A stretch of DNA of 63,373 nucleotides, filler included, from Licmophora abbreviata (lineage: Eukaryota), in NCBI GenBank assembly GCA_900291995.1. It is 11 parts of 11 records of this genome, joined end to end, with 100 filler letters (N's around TTAATTAATTAA, not from the genome) between each part and the next. Parts side by side here need not be neighbours in the genome. Positions count along the whole stretch, not along the records: positions 42,891 to 58,679 come from OLMU01005412.1; positions 58,780 to 60,507 come from OLMU01005413.1; 9 more parts are not named here. The stretch is one strand, 5' to 3'. The translations under genes and the position numbers were made by a program. Shown here in pieces: positions 47,693 to 60,137 of the stretch; position 1 is the first letter of the stretch; each line of letters opens with the position of its first letter. A model generated the notes under the pieces. That model was not told where the DNA came from. It searched no databases and saw nothing but the letters and a program-made list of their open reading frames with translations.

Positions 47693-49189
47693 TTAGGTTG
47701 AATCTTTAGCCCAATCTGCAAGGGATTCAATCTTGACGCTTTCCTGCTCTCCGGCTCTCAAGTCCTTGATCGATACCTCCCCATTCTCATACTCATCGGG
47801 TGCCACAACGACACAATACTTGGCTCCGATTCTATCGGCATGCTTGAAAACCCATTTGGTTTTCTTTGATTCAAGAATCACATCCACTGTCTTGCCAGCC
47901 TCGCGAAGCCGACTTGCGACATCCAGAGAGGCATCGTATAGACACTCGCGCATGGCGAACACAACCGCGTCTATGTCAGTCTTTTCAAACGATGGCAACA
48001 CACTACGTTCCTTCAAGAGCTCCACAATCACAGCGTCACCAAATCCAAATCCAGCTGCAGGAGTAGCATCCCCGCCGAACGTTTGCAACAGCTTGTCATA
48101 GCGACCACCGCCTGCAATAGCCCGAAGCTCGCCTTTTCGATCGAACGCTTCAAACACGATACCTGTGTAATACGCCAAGCCCCGAACTACGGAGGCATCA
48201 AATAGAATCCAGTCTTGAATGCCATACGCTTTGCAAAGATCCATGAGGCGCTGCAGCTGCTGTACAGCAGCTGAATCGTCTCCTAACACATTCCGTATTG
48301 AGTCAATCGACTTGTTCGTCAACACCTCGGTTAATCGTTCTACAACCGACACATCAAGACCAAGTTCCTCCAGATCACTCTGTATTGCATCCAAGGGGAC
48401 CTTTTCGAGTTTGTCGACAAGGACACATGTCGCTGCAAACTTCTCTTCGGGAATACCGAGCTCTGTGAGGACTTCACTAATGACCAAGCGAGAGTTCACT
48501 TTGATGCCGACATCATCACTGGACAGTCCAACATTCTCAAAGAAAGTCACCATGGCGCTCAGTAGCTCCGCCTCAGCTTCTACACCCTCAATTCCCCAGA
48601 CATCCATATTCCATTGAAAGTGTTCCCGTCGTCGGCCGCGAGTCATTCTCTCGTATCGCCAGCATTGTGGGATCGAGAACCATTTAAGCGGCATCGGTAG
48701 TCCTCCTTTCTTTGCCATGACCATGCGAGCAAGACTCGGTGTCATTTCTGGTCGCAACGCCACTGACCGATCACCCTTGTCGACGAAGTTGTACAGTTGC
48801 TGTGTCACTTCCTCGCCAGCCTTGCGGGTATAGAGGGACTCATTCTCCAGAACAGGGGCATCGTACTCGGAAAACCCGTACTTCTTGGCTACTTCACGCC
48901 ACTGATCAAACAGCCAATTGCGCATTCGCATATCTTCAGGATAGAAGTCCCGCGTACCCTTTGGAGGTTTGGTGTCAAGCTGTGGTTGCGCTTTCGTCCT
49001 TGTGGAATCGGTTTTCATCAAGACGTCCTTATCCGAAACTGCGTTGGACACTCGCCCCCCTTGCGTCGTGGCAGCCAAGCGACTCCTCTCTCTCGACTGC
49101 TGGGCTACGCGCGAAAACGCTGAGGTACACTGCGAGCGCAATGTATGCGCCAAGAGTACCATGATGTTGATCGATGGAGTCCACTTCAT
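47693..49189 (-). CDS. hisS: Histidyl-tRNA synthetase, organellar (plastid-type bipartite presequence)
   Basis: Motifs PPKGTRDFYP, LRPEMTPSLAR, WRYER..RGRRREHFQ, RGLAYYTG, GGGRYD; N-terminal 'TSA-F' cleavage motif. Confidence 0.95.
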   Translation of the reverse strand: MKWTPSINIMVLLAHTLRSQCTSAFSRVAQQSRERSRLAATTQGGRVSNAVSDKDVLMKTDSTRTKAQPQLDTKPPKGTRDFYPEDMRMRNWLFDQWREVAKKYGFSEYDAPVLENESLYTRKAGEEVTQQLYNFVDKGDRSVALRPEMTPSLARMVMAKKGGLPMPLKWFSIPQCWRYERMTRGRRREHFQWNMDVWGIEGVEAEAELLSAMVTFFENVGLSSDDVGIKVNSRLVISEVLTELGIPEEKFAATCVLVDKLEKVPLDAIQSDLEELGLDVSVVERLTEVLTNKSIDSIRNVLGDDSAAVQQLQRLMDLCKAYGIQDWILFDASVVRGLAYYTGIVFEAFDRKGELRAIAGGGRYDKLLQTFGGDATPAAGFGFGDAVIVELLKERSVLPSFEKTDIDAVVFAMRECLYDASLDVASRLREAGKTVDVILESKKTKWVFKHADRIGAKYCVVVAPDEYENGEVSIKDLRAGEQESVKIESLADWAKDST

Positions 49190-49800
49190 GCTTTAGCTAG
49201 AAATTGAGTGTACCAAAATGGAAGTTGGCGGTCCAGACTACTGAGTATGTGCTTTCTCTAGATGAATGAAAACCAAGAAGATCGCTGAGTCGCTGATGAG
49301 GGTCAGTCGAGGATGAGAGCCGCGATGATGATGTTTTCTGTGCTTGAGTTGTGCCATCCATCATGGTCGGTGTGTCGGTCGGTGCGTTTGCCTCTCTCGC
49401 GTGCGTGGTCGTCTCTATCAGATTGTCGGTGCCGAATGGGTGATGAGTGACCTGTCCCGCTGATGAATCGAACAGAATCAATCTCCCTGGATCTGTCTGT
49501 ATCATACGCCCGGCAATGACTGAATGCGAGGTCTACATTCGTCAACCTTGTTTCCGGAGACATTCATCCTTAGTGGTGAGTACCGCTCTGGGTTATATGA
49601 TACGTGTATTAGCTCATATATGACGGCATAAATGTGCGCGATCACATCACACCTGTGTGCCTCTCGAAAAGTTCTAAAGTCATTCGAAACTTCGTCAGCT
49701 TCGTCTCTTGGGTATGTTTGACAAAAGGCGTGGCATGAAAAGTTCTGGGACGTTGTCAATCAAGTGAGGTGTTGGACCTTGTCGAGTACGCACCCGTCAA

Positions 49801-52800
49801 ATGCAGAACCCGCCAGTCGTTACCCACGTCTCTTTGCCAGCGGAGGTGTCTCTGAACCGGAAAAAGGATAGGCTAGAGTTCTCCTCTTTGGCAGGTTCCA
49901 CTCTCGGCAATGATTCCGGTCATAGTGGCCGACAACAACACATTCTCTCGTCGGTCGATGATATCTTGCCGAATGCCCAGTTGAGGAAGGAACGAGATAT
50001 CGAGACGCAGAGTGACGAACTTCAAAAATGTACAGATCAGTCCCTGGACTTGAGACCCTGCGAATCTCAGGAGGATCACGACGACAGTACACATTTAGAT
50101 GAAGATACCGCAATCATTCCAACCAAACCTGCCGGCCACCCAGAATTTGATGCAGCTGCTCAAGAGCTGCAGAACAACTCACATGTGAATCTAAACACTG
50201 AAACTTCAGCGGATCTAGCCTCTTCGTCGAGGAGATGGTCTATACAGAACTTTCCTTCCAAGTTAATAAATGTAGAATCCGGTGGTGTCCCAGAGCCGAC
50301 TCAGGTGAGGATGAGTCGATCAGGGTCCATGCACTACGACGACACTCTAGAAAAGGAGACCGAGCAAGCTGTTCAGGTGGGCGGAGTTAATTTCGGTGCG
50401 CTACTGGCTGAACGAGTGTCGTGTATTGATTCCATTAGGTGGCTTGGACATCATCTACCTGAGACTGTTCTTGCATTCCTAATTGATGAGATTGAATTTG
50501 AAGAAGCTGAAGACGGCGTGGTTTCCGAGTACGGTGACGAGTCATGTCTGTCAATTCCACCAGAGATCAGTGCCGACAATGAGGATGAGGAAGACTTTGA
50601 CGATGCAGCATCCGACGACTACGCAGTCTTCAATCGTAGGGACGAAGACGATGCAAGTGTATCGCCTGACTCAATGGCAACAACAATGCATACTGGCCAA
50701 CAACGATATGAGGAGAAATGTGATGCTTCACAGAATCGTGTCTTTTCAGTCGCCTCGTCTGGTGAGCCCAAATTTACCAGCACCAGGCGTAGAACGTCGC
50801 TCCCAGACGGATCGAGGCGGGAATTTGAGCGAGAAAGGCGGCACTCAATCCCAACAAGCACATTGCGGGATCCCGTACGAGAGTTCGAAGGCTCGCTACC
50901 ATTGCTTCGAAGACATGCGAGCCCAGGCAGATGCAGCCAGAGTTATCAAGCATTATATCCTTCTCCTGCCATATTTGAGCATGATACTTTCTGCAATTCC
51001 TGTGACGCTTCTGATCAGAGCTCATCGAGCATCTCTGTAGCCTCCGAGTCGGGATCATCGATGATGCTCCACCAAGGCTCTGATGACGATGACGATGACG
51101 ATGACGATTCCTTCTTTAACGACTCTGATGATGAGGACCTTCAAAACAAAGCACGTTTGCGACAGCATCGCTTCTTCAAGACTCAGGATTCCTTACGCAA
51201 GCTTAAGGTGGAGGACGTCGAAAGTATAGGCGAAGCAAAGCATGCAGAATCGATGGAGCTAAACGAAGACTTTTATTTCGCAGATCGTATGCCTCCAGCG
51301 ACCAGACATGACTGCGCGCTACTCTTCGTTGACATTTCGGGTTTCACCAAGCTTTCAACGATTCTCGACGTCGAGCCATTTTCGAAGGTATGACAGAACC
51401 TGATCCACCTTGCAATCGTCGTATGCCTATTTCTCACGAACCTGAATGTTCTTGTTGCATCAACTTTAAGACAACTAATTCATTCTTTCAGATGATTGTA
51501 GAGGAAATTGAGGCGTTTGGTGGCGACGTCCTCAAGTTCGCAGGAGACGCTCTCTTCGCAGAATGGCAAGCATCTACGTCGAATCCTCTGGAAACAGTTG
51601 ATGGTGTCAGCGTCACGAGCTGCACGATCGCTTCAGTCAGTGATCCGTGGCATGGGCTTGAGCTCGAAGAGTGCGTTTTAACTGCAGCTGCCTGTGCAGC
51701 TCGTATAGTTGATAAATGCTCGGAGTATCCGGTTTACTCATCAGGGCAAGAGGCGACTGGCCCAGTTGTTGCCACACTGGACGTGCACTGTGGCTTGGGC
51801 TTCGGAGAAGTCGTCGGCGTTCATGTGGGTGACCATCAAACTCGCATGGAATATCTTATTCTCGGTGACCCGATCGAGCAGGTTGCAAAATCAATGCTAC
51901 TTGCAGGTCGTGGCGAGGTCGTGGTATCGCCCGAAGCGCTTGTCATGTTGGAAGATGTCGCGGAGCTTGACGAAGGTATTCAAAAGTCCGGAATGGAAGA
52001 GCCACAGATCATAGCTACCAAGACAACCCGATTCTTTAACCCCAAAGGAACTCTACACGTTCATAAGAACTGGAAGATTACGCTCGATGAGATGACAACG
52101 AAGCCCCGTCAAAGGCTGGCAGAACGCTGCGAGGCCTGGGACCTTCTTGCTTTGAGACGACTCCGACTCCGTATGTCTCGATACGTCCACCCAGTCATTC
52201 TGAACGATGAGTTCTCTCTGAAGGTCTACCCCGGCGATCGGTACCGTGCGCAGGAGCGTCATCGATCTGAAGCTGAATTGAGGTGCGTTTATACAGTTTT
52301 CCTTATGCCTCTTGTGAGTACCCGGCTCACTGGAGACGACGAGGAAGACTGTAGAGTCATCATGTTGCTCAACGAGATTATGCTCATAATGACACGAGAG
52401 CTCGCGCGATACAAAGGTCAATTGCGCCAATTCATTGTTGATGACAAAGGTACGCATCATTCGTGTCCACGCACTCCAAAGCCCTCCATCTTTCTGATAG
52501 ATCCTTTTGTATGTTATAGGTGTTGTGCTGATCGCAAACTTTGGACTGCGGGGATCTACATTCCCTAATATGGTTTCAGAAAGGGCGCTCCCCTTTACAA
52601 CAACTGTCCAGACTCTTCTCCGAACGGAACTGGACGTTGAATGCCAGATGGGGGCAACATATGGCGAGGCGTATTGTGGTGTCGTTGGGGGAGTTACCCG
52701 ACATGAGTACGCCGTTCTTGGGCCAACTGTGAACCTAGCTGCTCGTTTGATGGGAAACCCAATAAACACTGGCTTTCTCGTTGACGATGCAGTTAGAGAA

Positions 52801-55800
52801 AAGGCCGGAAGCCGCCAGTTTCGGGCGCTTACTCCGGTGAAAGCGAAGGGGTACGCCGAGCCAGTGCCAATTTTTGAACCCTCGCTCTTTTGCCAGAGGA
52901 GCTGGACCGACCTCAAGGAGAGTTTCGTTGGGAGGGAGAATGAGCAGTCGCTGTTGCAGTGCCTGTCGAGATCACTTCTCGATGCGGGTGGACCAGCAAA
53001 GCTGGCGCTTCTGGCAGGCGAGTCCGGGGCTGGGAAGAGTGCACTTTGCATGCAGGTCACGGCACAGATTCGCGAGACATGCGTGTCAAAGGGAGTGCCG
53101 CATGTAGTCTCCAGAAGTATTTGCAATGAAGGAGATGCCTTTGTTCCGTTTAGGTGAGTGAGCTCGTAAGGTCTATAGAAGAATGGCTCTTACGTACCGA
53201 AATCGACTGGCACTCACACCCACTTCGGTTAACACCGCAGCATCGTTCGTCCCCTGTTTGCTGATATTCTTTGTTCTCAACAGGATTTGACACAGCTTGA
53301 CTCTGACTGGGTAGTGAGCAGCGAAGAAATTGAAGCGTTTCTGTATGGGGCATCGACGGAGTCGGATGTAGCGCCTTCACTCGTGCGGTTGGTACACGTA
53401 TGTCGGCAGGACAACGTGCCCATCCGTTACGTAGACATCATATGCAGACTCATTCTGACACGAAATCGAGTAGACGTCATTCAGAGCAGAAACGGTGCAT
53501 CTGACAATGCGGAACTTGGAACGATAGCCCGTTTCATCGTGTCGGCGTACCTGCGCTGCACACTCTTCTTTGACCTAGTCTTGTTCGCGTTGGATGATAT
53601 CTCTAATATCGACCAAATGTCGTGGGTACTGATTGAACTGCTTCACACGCATGCTCAGAATCTCATGATAATTGGTACAGCTAGAACCGTGACCAAAGAA
53701 GAATTACACATACAAAGAGACTTTTGGGACAAGCTGCATGACGAAGGACTTGGTCAAGGGAGTTTCGTCAGAATTGAGCTACCACCAATGGAGCAGCGAG
53801 ACATCAACACTCTTATTGCGCGGAGACTAGGTCACGAAGATTCTATTGTCGACCCCAAGCTATCGCGAGAAGTATACGTCCAGTCGGGCGGTATGCCGCA
53901 TTTAGCCTCTGAGTTGCTTGACCAAATTATGGAAAAAAGTGCCCGTGACTTGAGGCTTTGCGACGGAGATACTGAGCTTCGCGCCTCGGATAAAGGGATG
54001 GAGATCGGAAATGTTGGGGAATTAGTGCTTCATCGCATGGATGCTCTGCCTTCTTCCGTGCGATCTCATCTCAATCTGGGCGCTGTCTTGGGTTCATCGT
54101 TCGAACTGATGGACGTTGTGACAGCCTTCGAACAGTACAGGAGTGTGATGCGAGAAGAAAGGTTTGATCACGCAAAGTCCGTGCACGAAAGCCTCCAAGA
54201 GGCCGTGGTACATGGTATTATTGAAGAAGAACAATCCAATCCAGAACAGACGCATGCACGATACAAGTACACTGATAATCCGTATACGGAGTTCAGCACA
54301 ACGTATCGATTTACACACAACGTTTGGAGAAGCAACATCTTGAGATTGACGTTAAATGAGTTCAAACGAGATGTCCACAGTCTGATTGCCCAGTCGATGG
54401 AAACTGTCATGGATACTCAAGTCACCAGCGACTACCGGGTATTGACCAAACTATTTAGTCACTGGAAAGAGAGCGGTAGTGTTCGGAAAGCTTCGACGCT
54501 TGCCCTAAAAATGGGGAGAAGCTTGGAGGACATTGGGCTGATGCATCAGAGTGTCCTTGTGTACACGGAAGCGCTTGATATGTGGAAGGCGATGACAAAC
54601 GATGGAGGGGTCGAAGATGCCCTGGGAGGTAAGTTTACTCTACCACCTTATTGCTCTTTCTCATTCTGTACTGACTCATGCCCCTCCTTGACCACCCCTC
54701 GAAAGGCTTAAGTACGCAGCTGGTCGAACAAATGGAGGCTGCCGATCTTGAGTGCATCACGACGCTGAATGTATCTCTTGGCAGGTGTCTCAGCTGTATT
54801 CTTGATCCGAAAGGGAGTGCATCTCGTTTCCAAACTGCCTTGAACGTATGTGTACAATCAGGAAAGAGCGCTTGTTATTGCATAACTAATTGTGTCCAGA
54901 AGATTACTAACCACAGCGCCCCATTCTTTTCGTTGCTGTCACATCATAGCTGATACAAAGAGCTCCGGCGGCTAATCAACTCGAAGATCGTTCAATTATA
55001 TTCCCCGTATTTAGCGGGCTGTTTGACGCTCTGCGATTTGGGCAGAACGATGATTTCAAGTATGAAGTTGGCCTTGTACAGATGTTTCTACGTGAAACAC
55101 AACGATGCAAGGACTGCTCACATCATTCACGTGCGTTGGCGATGCAAGCGGAAATGTTCGCTCGACACGGAAAAATCGCGCTGGCCCTCGAAGCGGTCGC
55201 GAGCCTACAAATGATTTACGATGTTGAACAACACTCTTCAGTGCTCACTCTTACTTATGGCAGCGATCGAAGCGCCCAATGTATCGCGCAGGGCTCTCTT
55301 TGGAGCAAGCAAGCCGGCAGAATAGACGAGGCGCTCGCTACTTGCGATCTTGTGCTTGATCATTTACTACCAAAGATCGAGAAATGTAGTCTTCACAACT
55401 CGTTTCTCACGCTGTATCCGATGCTATGGATCATGAAGGACCATGGAATGGCTCTTCGCGCACGCAACGTATTTGATGAATACGTGGTGCGGCGTTTTGG
55501 GAAGCTGATCGACGAACGAGCCGTCACCCCAGACAAACCGCTGCATATCCCCATTCTCGCGCTTCTTGAATTAATTGGAACATCTTGCACCACAGAAGAG
55601 CTAAAAAAATATGCTGAGTGGGTTCTTGTCAAAAAGAACGGAAGATTCTGTTCGGAGCTGAACAAATATCTGGGAAGTTTAGGACGGACGGCTGATTCGG
55701 TTACAGCGGAAATATGTCTGATACTTGCCCGTCGAAGCGAAGATCGAGATGAAAAGACTGCACTTATCGAAAAGGGGCTCGAGCTGGCAACTGAGTCGCT

Positions 55801-55942
55801 GGGTCTAACGGGTGGAGAAGGAGAAGCGACCGGTATGCGTGTTGCGTACGAGCAGTTGAAACCGGTGTATGACGAACTCGCAAATTTGCACTCGTTGCTG
55901 CCGCCACAACGACTTTCGCGGCGAAGTTCATGTGGCTTCTAG
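49801..55942 (+). CDS. Soluble adenylyl cyclase-like protein (ADCY10 type): tandem class III cyclase domains + P-loop NTPase + TPR-like tail (introns 51388-51470, 52450-52519, 53154-53240, 54629-54705, 54846-54949)
   Basis: Cyclase motifs FVDISGFT, LKFAGDA, VHCGLG, RQFIVDDKG, HEYAVLGPTVNLAARLM; P-loop region FVGRE...GESGAGKS, LDD, SGG.P, YRFTH. Confidence 0.9.
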
Positions 55943-57025
55943 AGTCCATAATCGCCCCGCCTGTATTCAGCTTGCTGGTAGATAGATAGGTAAGCTGGCT
56001 AAGACAATCGAACATCGCCCCGATGCTGAAACACATGCACGATGGGCATCGCTCCTATCGCGCGGGTGAACAGGAATGTATTGATAGCTAATATAAGGGG
56101 GACATGACAACGGTCATTGAAGCAGTTTGTCCCCTACCTAGTCCTTCGCAGCGATGCGGCATAGGCCTATCGGTGGGCTCGTCGCCCGAAAGACTGTCTC
56201 ACATGGGCGCGTGGATGTTTCCAGCTCAAGTGAAGGTTGACTAGAGATCCGACGATGTACCGTATGTCAGCTACTGTGCCGATAAGCAGTCGCCTGATTT
56301 GTGGGGTGGCACAGTACGAGTCCATCAGAGCTATGACAAGTCTATCCGCAGTCAGCCCGCAGTGATGTTCTGGCCCACTTTTGGCGGGGTTATCATTTCA
56401 AATTTTCTATCAGTGTTTCTCGTCGTTTCGAGGCATCATCATAAAACGCTGTGGGACAAAGGGAAAGCTGAGCAAACCCAAGAATTAACACGACTATATA
56501 GTGTTGGCCCTCGTTTCCTCGTGCACCGGAATATTTCCGGCACCAGTCTCAACATAGTGACAACCCTCCGCGTTCGTAGCTCCGTCGTACCAATAGCACA
56601 CATCTTCTTTGCTGCTATCACCCTACCACGGGTGTTCTTATTGGCGACGCCTACAAATGCTTCGAACTTCCTGTCGGGAAAATTCAGGGATCTTTTCACG
56701 ACATGGTGAAGATCACTGCGATATGACCGGATTAATTCTCGTATCTCGAGGCACACGAACAACCCCGTTTATCAACAGAGCATAGACATTCTCAATCTCG
56801 CAACTCCCAGCTCGGATTAAGAACGCCGATCTACGAATTCGCGAACACCTCGCCTGAGCTAGTCAAGTGCATTGAGTTAGTAGGAATCATTTCATTGCAG
56901 TTATCTCCAAATCATAGACTATGTACAAGTTACGTCGATCATCTGCAGCGTCATTCTTGAGCTTGATCGACACTGTCACAGCCAATGGTTGCATCACGGA
57001 ACATACACAGCAGAAGCGTTTCGCC

Positions 57026-59574
57026 TTAGAGATCAAAATCATCAATATCGTCGTCTTCGTCGTCGGCACCATCGTCATAGAAGAAGTAGTTTCCATTCTT
57101 TTTTTGCTCTTCGTCTTTCTGCGAACCCCTCTTGTTGATTCTGTTGAGAGAACGGATAACAGCAAACGATGTAAGGAGACGAGGACTCAAAATATTGTGA
57201 TAAGCACTGAGCCAGTTCAGAGAGGAATCTGGTCAGAAATTAAAACATAAGACTTGGAACCCCTCACAGCCAACGCTAAAACAGCGCTCCCAGACATCGA
57301 TCGACGATCCGAAGGATTGGCATCGGGTATGATCTCTCGTCATCCCAGCGTATCGTGCAGTATAGACACACGACTTCTGCTTCCTACCTTGGACGAAAGT
57401 TGGTTGGGTCTCGACGGAAAGTGACCGCAAGACTCTTGAGGAACTGGTTCATCCCGGACAAAAGACTCTGTGGGCACGTCGCTGTTGCTTCAATACCTGG
57501 CTGGCCAGTATAAACGACAACGCGATCGGCTAAGTATGTCGCCATGATGAAATCGTGCTCAACCACAAATGCTGTCTTCTTGCTGTGCATGATGAAGCGC
57601 TTGATAACCTTCGCGCAGTTAATTCGTTGTTCCGAATCCAAGTATGCGCTTGGTTCGTCAATCAAGTAGACATCCGCCGGTGTACCGAGGGCCAACACAA
57701 TAGCCAGGCGCTGGAGTTCTCCACCGGAAAGATTCTGGACTCCATTGTCAATTATGCTGTCAGTCGCCAAAGGTTTCATTACGTCCGACACAAACTGTGG
57801 GTGAACGTACGAATCCCGTATGCGCTTGTGAAGTAATTGACGGACTGTACCCTGAAACTTGGGAGAGATCTTTTGAGGTTTGTAGCTCACATTCAATTCC
57901 GGTGCTCCCGCCTGAGAAGCTTCGTACATGAGACCCTCCTCTTCAAACTTGACTTGCTCGTCGCTCTTCAGCAATCCGGCCAGCATTCGAACAAAAGTTG
58001 TCTTTCCAGTCCCATTCTCTCCCAGAAGCACAATGATTTCAGAGTCCGTAAAGGAGCCTCCTTGGACGCGCAGAATGAACCGAGACTCATCCTTCGACTG
58101 TGTCTTGGTCATGGTCGGGTATGAGTACTGGTGCATAACGTCCGATTTCCCCAGATCGGCCTCGGCTCGCTCCGAAACCTAGAACAGGCACAGAGATTGT
58201 GCATAAGACGTCTGTGAAACGACCCGCGGAAAACAATCACGCCGAGGTCATGAGACACTTACCTTGAAGGAAAGTGCGTCCTCTCTGAACCGCAAGTTCT
58301 CAGTGGGGATGAATCCCGCCAAGAAGACGTTGATACCTGTCCGAACGCTAAATGGCATCGTCACAACACCGTAGGCCCCAGGAGTTCCGTACAAAACACA
58401 AACATAGTCACTCAAGTAATCTAGTACGGCAAGATCGTGCTCCACCACCATGATGTAGCGACGGTCTCCGGTGTCTCCTTCCAAAACTTGACGGATCATA
58501 TGGGCTGCGGTCAGACGCTGCTTGACATCAAGGTACGACGACGGCTCGTCAAACATGTACACGTCGCTATTTTGAATGGCGACGACCGCAATGGCGAAGC
58601 GCTGAAGCTCTCCTCCGGACAAAACCCGTACATCACGGTCCATCACGTGCGTCAGCTCGGCTTCCTCAGCCGCCCAGCCNNNNNNNNNNNNNNNNNNNNN
58701 NNNNNNNNNNNNNNNNNNNNNNNTTAATTAATTAANNNNNNNNNNNNNNNNNNNNNNNNNNNNNNNNNNNNNNNNNNNNCCGATTCCGTTCGCTATAATA
58801 AGTGTCAAGAACATGTGAGTGCGTGTTGAAAGTAGAAGGTGTGCTGAAGCGCTGCAAAGTGACTTGCCTCGTCTTTTTGCTTGAGAATCTCACCAACCTT
58901 GCCTTTGACGGCACGAGGAATGTGATCGACGTACTGAGGCTTGATGGTCGCCTTCATAGTATCTTCGAGAATTTTTGTGAAGTAATTCTGCAGTTCAGAA
59001 CCGCGGAAGTGGACAAGAATCTCCTCCCAGTCGGGTGGCGTATCGAACTTTCCGAGATTTGGCTTCATCTTCCCAGCTAGTACTTTCAAGGCTGTCGATT
59101 TTCCAATGCCATTGGTTCCAACTAGCCCTAGGACCTGTCCCGGACGAGGCATCGGCAGGCGATGAAGTTTGAATGAGTTGGGGCCATACCGGTGCGTCGT
59201 GTTCCTCTCCAAGTCTTTCGGAAGGTTGATAATATTGATTGCTTCGAAGGGACACTTCTTGACACAGATACCGCAACCTGAAATACGACACATAGATCGT
59301 TAGAAGAAAGAACACCTTTTCCATCGTTCAAATTCAGAAGTCAAAGGCGACATGCAGCCGTACCGATACAGAGAGGCTCCGAAATGAACGCAAGCTTGCT
59401 CTTGGGCCCAACCTCGATACAGAGCTTTCCTAGCTTGACAACCGGACAAGACTTCTTGCACTCTTGTCTACACTTTTTGGGTCTGCACTTTTCCGAGCTG
59501 ACAATAGCGATACGAGTCAGATGATCCTCAGCGTCTCCTCCGGTGTTCTTCCCTGTTTTCTTCTTGGGAGGCAT
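57026..59574 (-). CDS. ABCE1: ABCE1/RLI ribosome recycling factor (introns 59363-59278, 58867-58793 GC-AG, 58262-58179, 57387-57141; gap 58680-58779)
   Basis: Fe-S domain [15 protein letters not shown]...[29 protein letters not shown] twice, [22 protein letters not shown]. Confidence 0.97.
57229..57348 (-). ncRNA. Putative intronic box C/D snoRNA in ABCE1 last intron
   Basis: On the minus strand: CTGG-g-ATGACGA (box C variant) ... TATGTTTTAATT-t-CTGA (box D)-CCAG, giving a 4-bp terminal stem. The guide is complementary to LSU rRNA AAUUAAAACAUA. The host intron is 247 nt versus ~70-110 nt for most other introns here. Confidence 0.7.
58680..58779. other. Scaffold gap spacer
   Basis: N44-TTAATTAATTAA-N44. 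Confidence 0.98.
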
Positions 59575-60137
59575 CGTACTGAGCAAGTGTGACGATTGCG
59601 ACAACGATGGCCTTCGACGTCAATTCCTTGATCGGTGCTCAATGGTTTACTGTGCGGTGAGGGGCGTTTTCCTTTGGCACACGGCGGACAGGGCTCCTCT
59701 CTGTAGACTAATTCTACTTGCCGTCTTCAGTCTTCACACGCACATCGCATCAAGTCTCATCTCACCCCGTCATCAGTTTCATCGCGCTATACTCGTAAAC
59801 CGGTCAAAATTTTGAGGCCGTCGCGGCGTGCCGCGTGGAGGTTCAGTCATTACCACTTACTTGAGAGTTCAATCGCCTCCGGGTATCCCTGACAGCAGGC
59901 GATCAGCGATGCCGGCGCGAATAGATATCTGGAAGATTCATCGAAGATTCGATATTCGGCACGCACTTTCACACATCCTCTACACTAACCAGAGGAAACA
60001 CGGCAACAGCAGCATCAATAGTTCTCATTACAATGGAACAGGAACAGAAGATACTTGGTTCTCCTTCTGCCTCTCCTTCATTGCACGTTTTAATCCTTTC
60101 CCGATAGGTGATCAGTTCGTTCGTGATTGATAGGAAA

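Noticed and set aside
52053..53126. 357-aa antisense ORF, and similar long antisense ORFs over PABP, TPI and the plastid protein
   Set aside because: These are shadow ORFs opposite well-supported genes and show no recognisable motifs.
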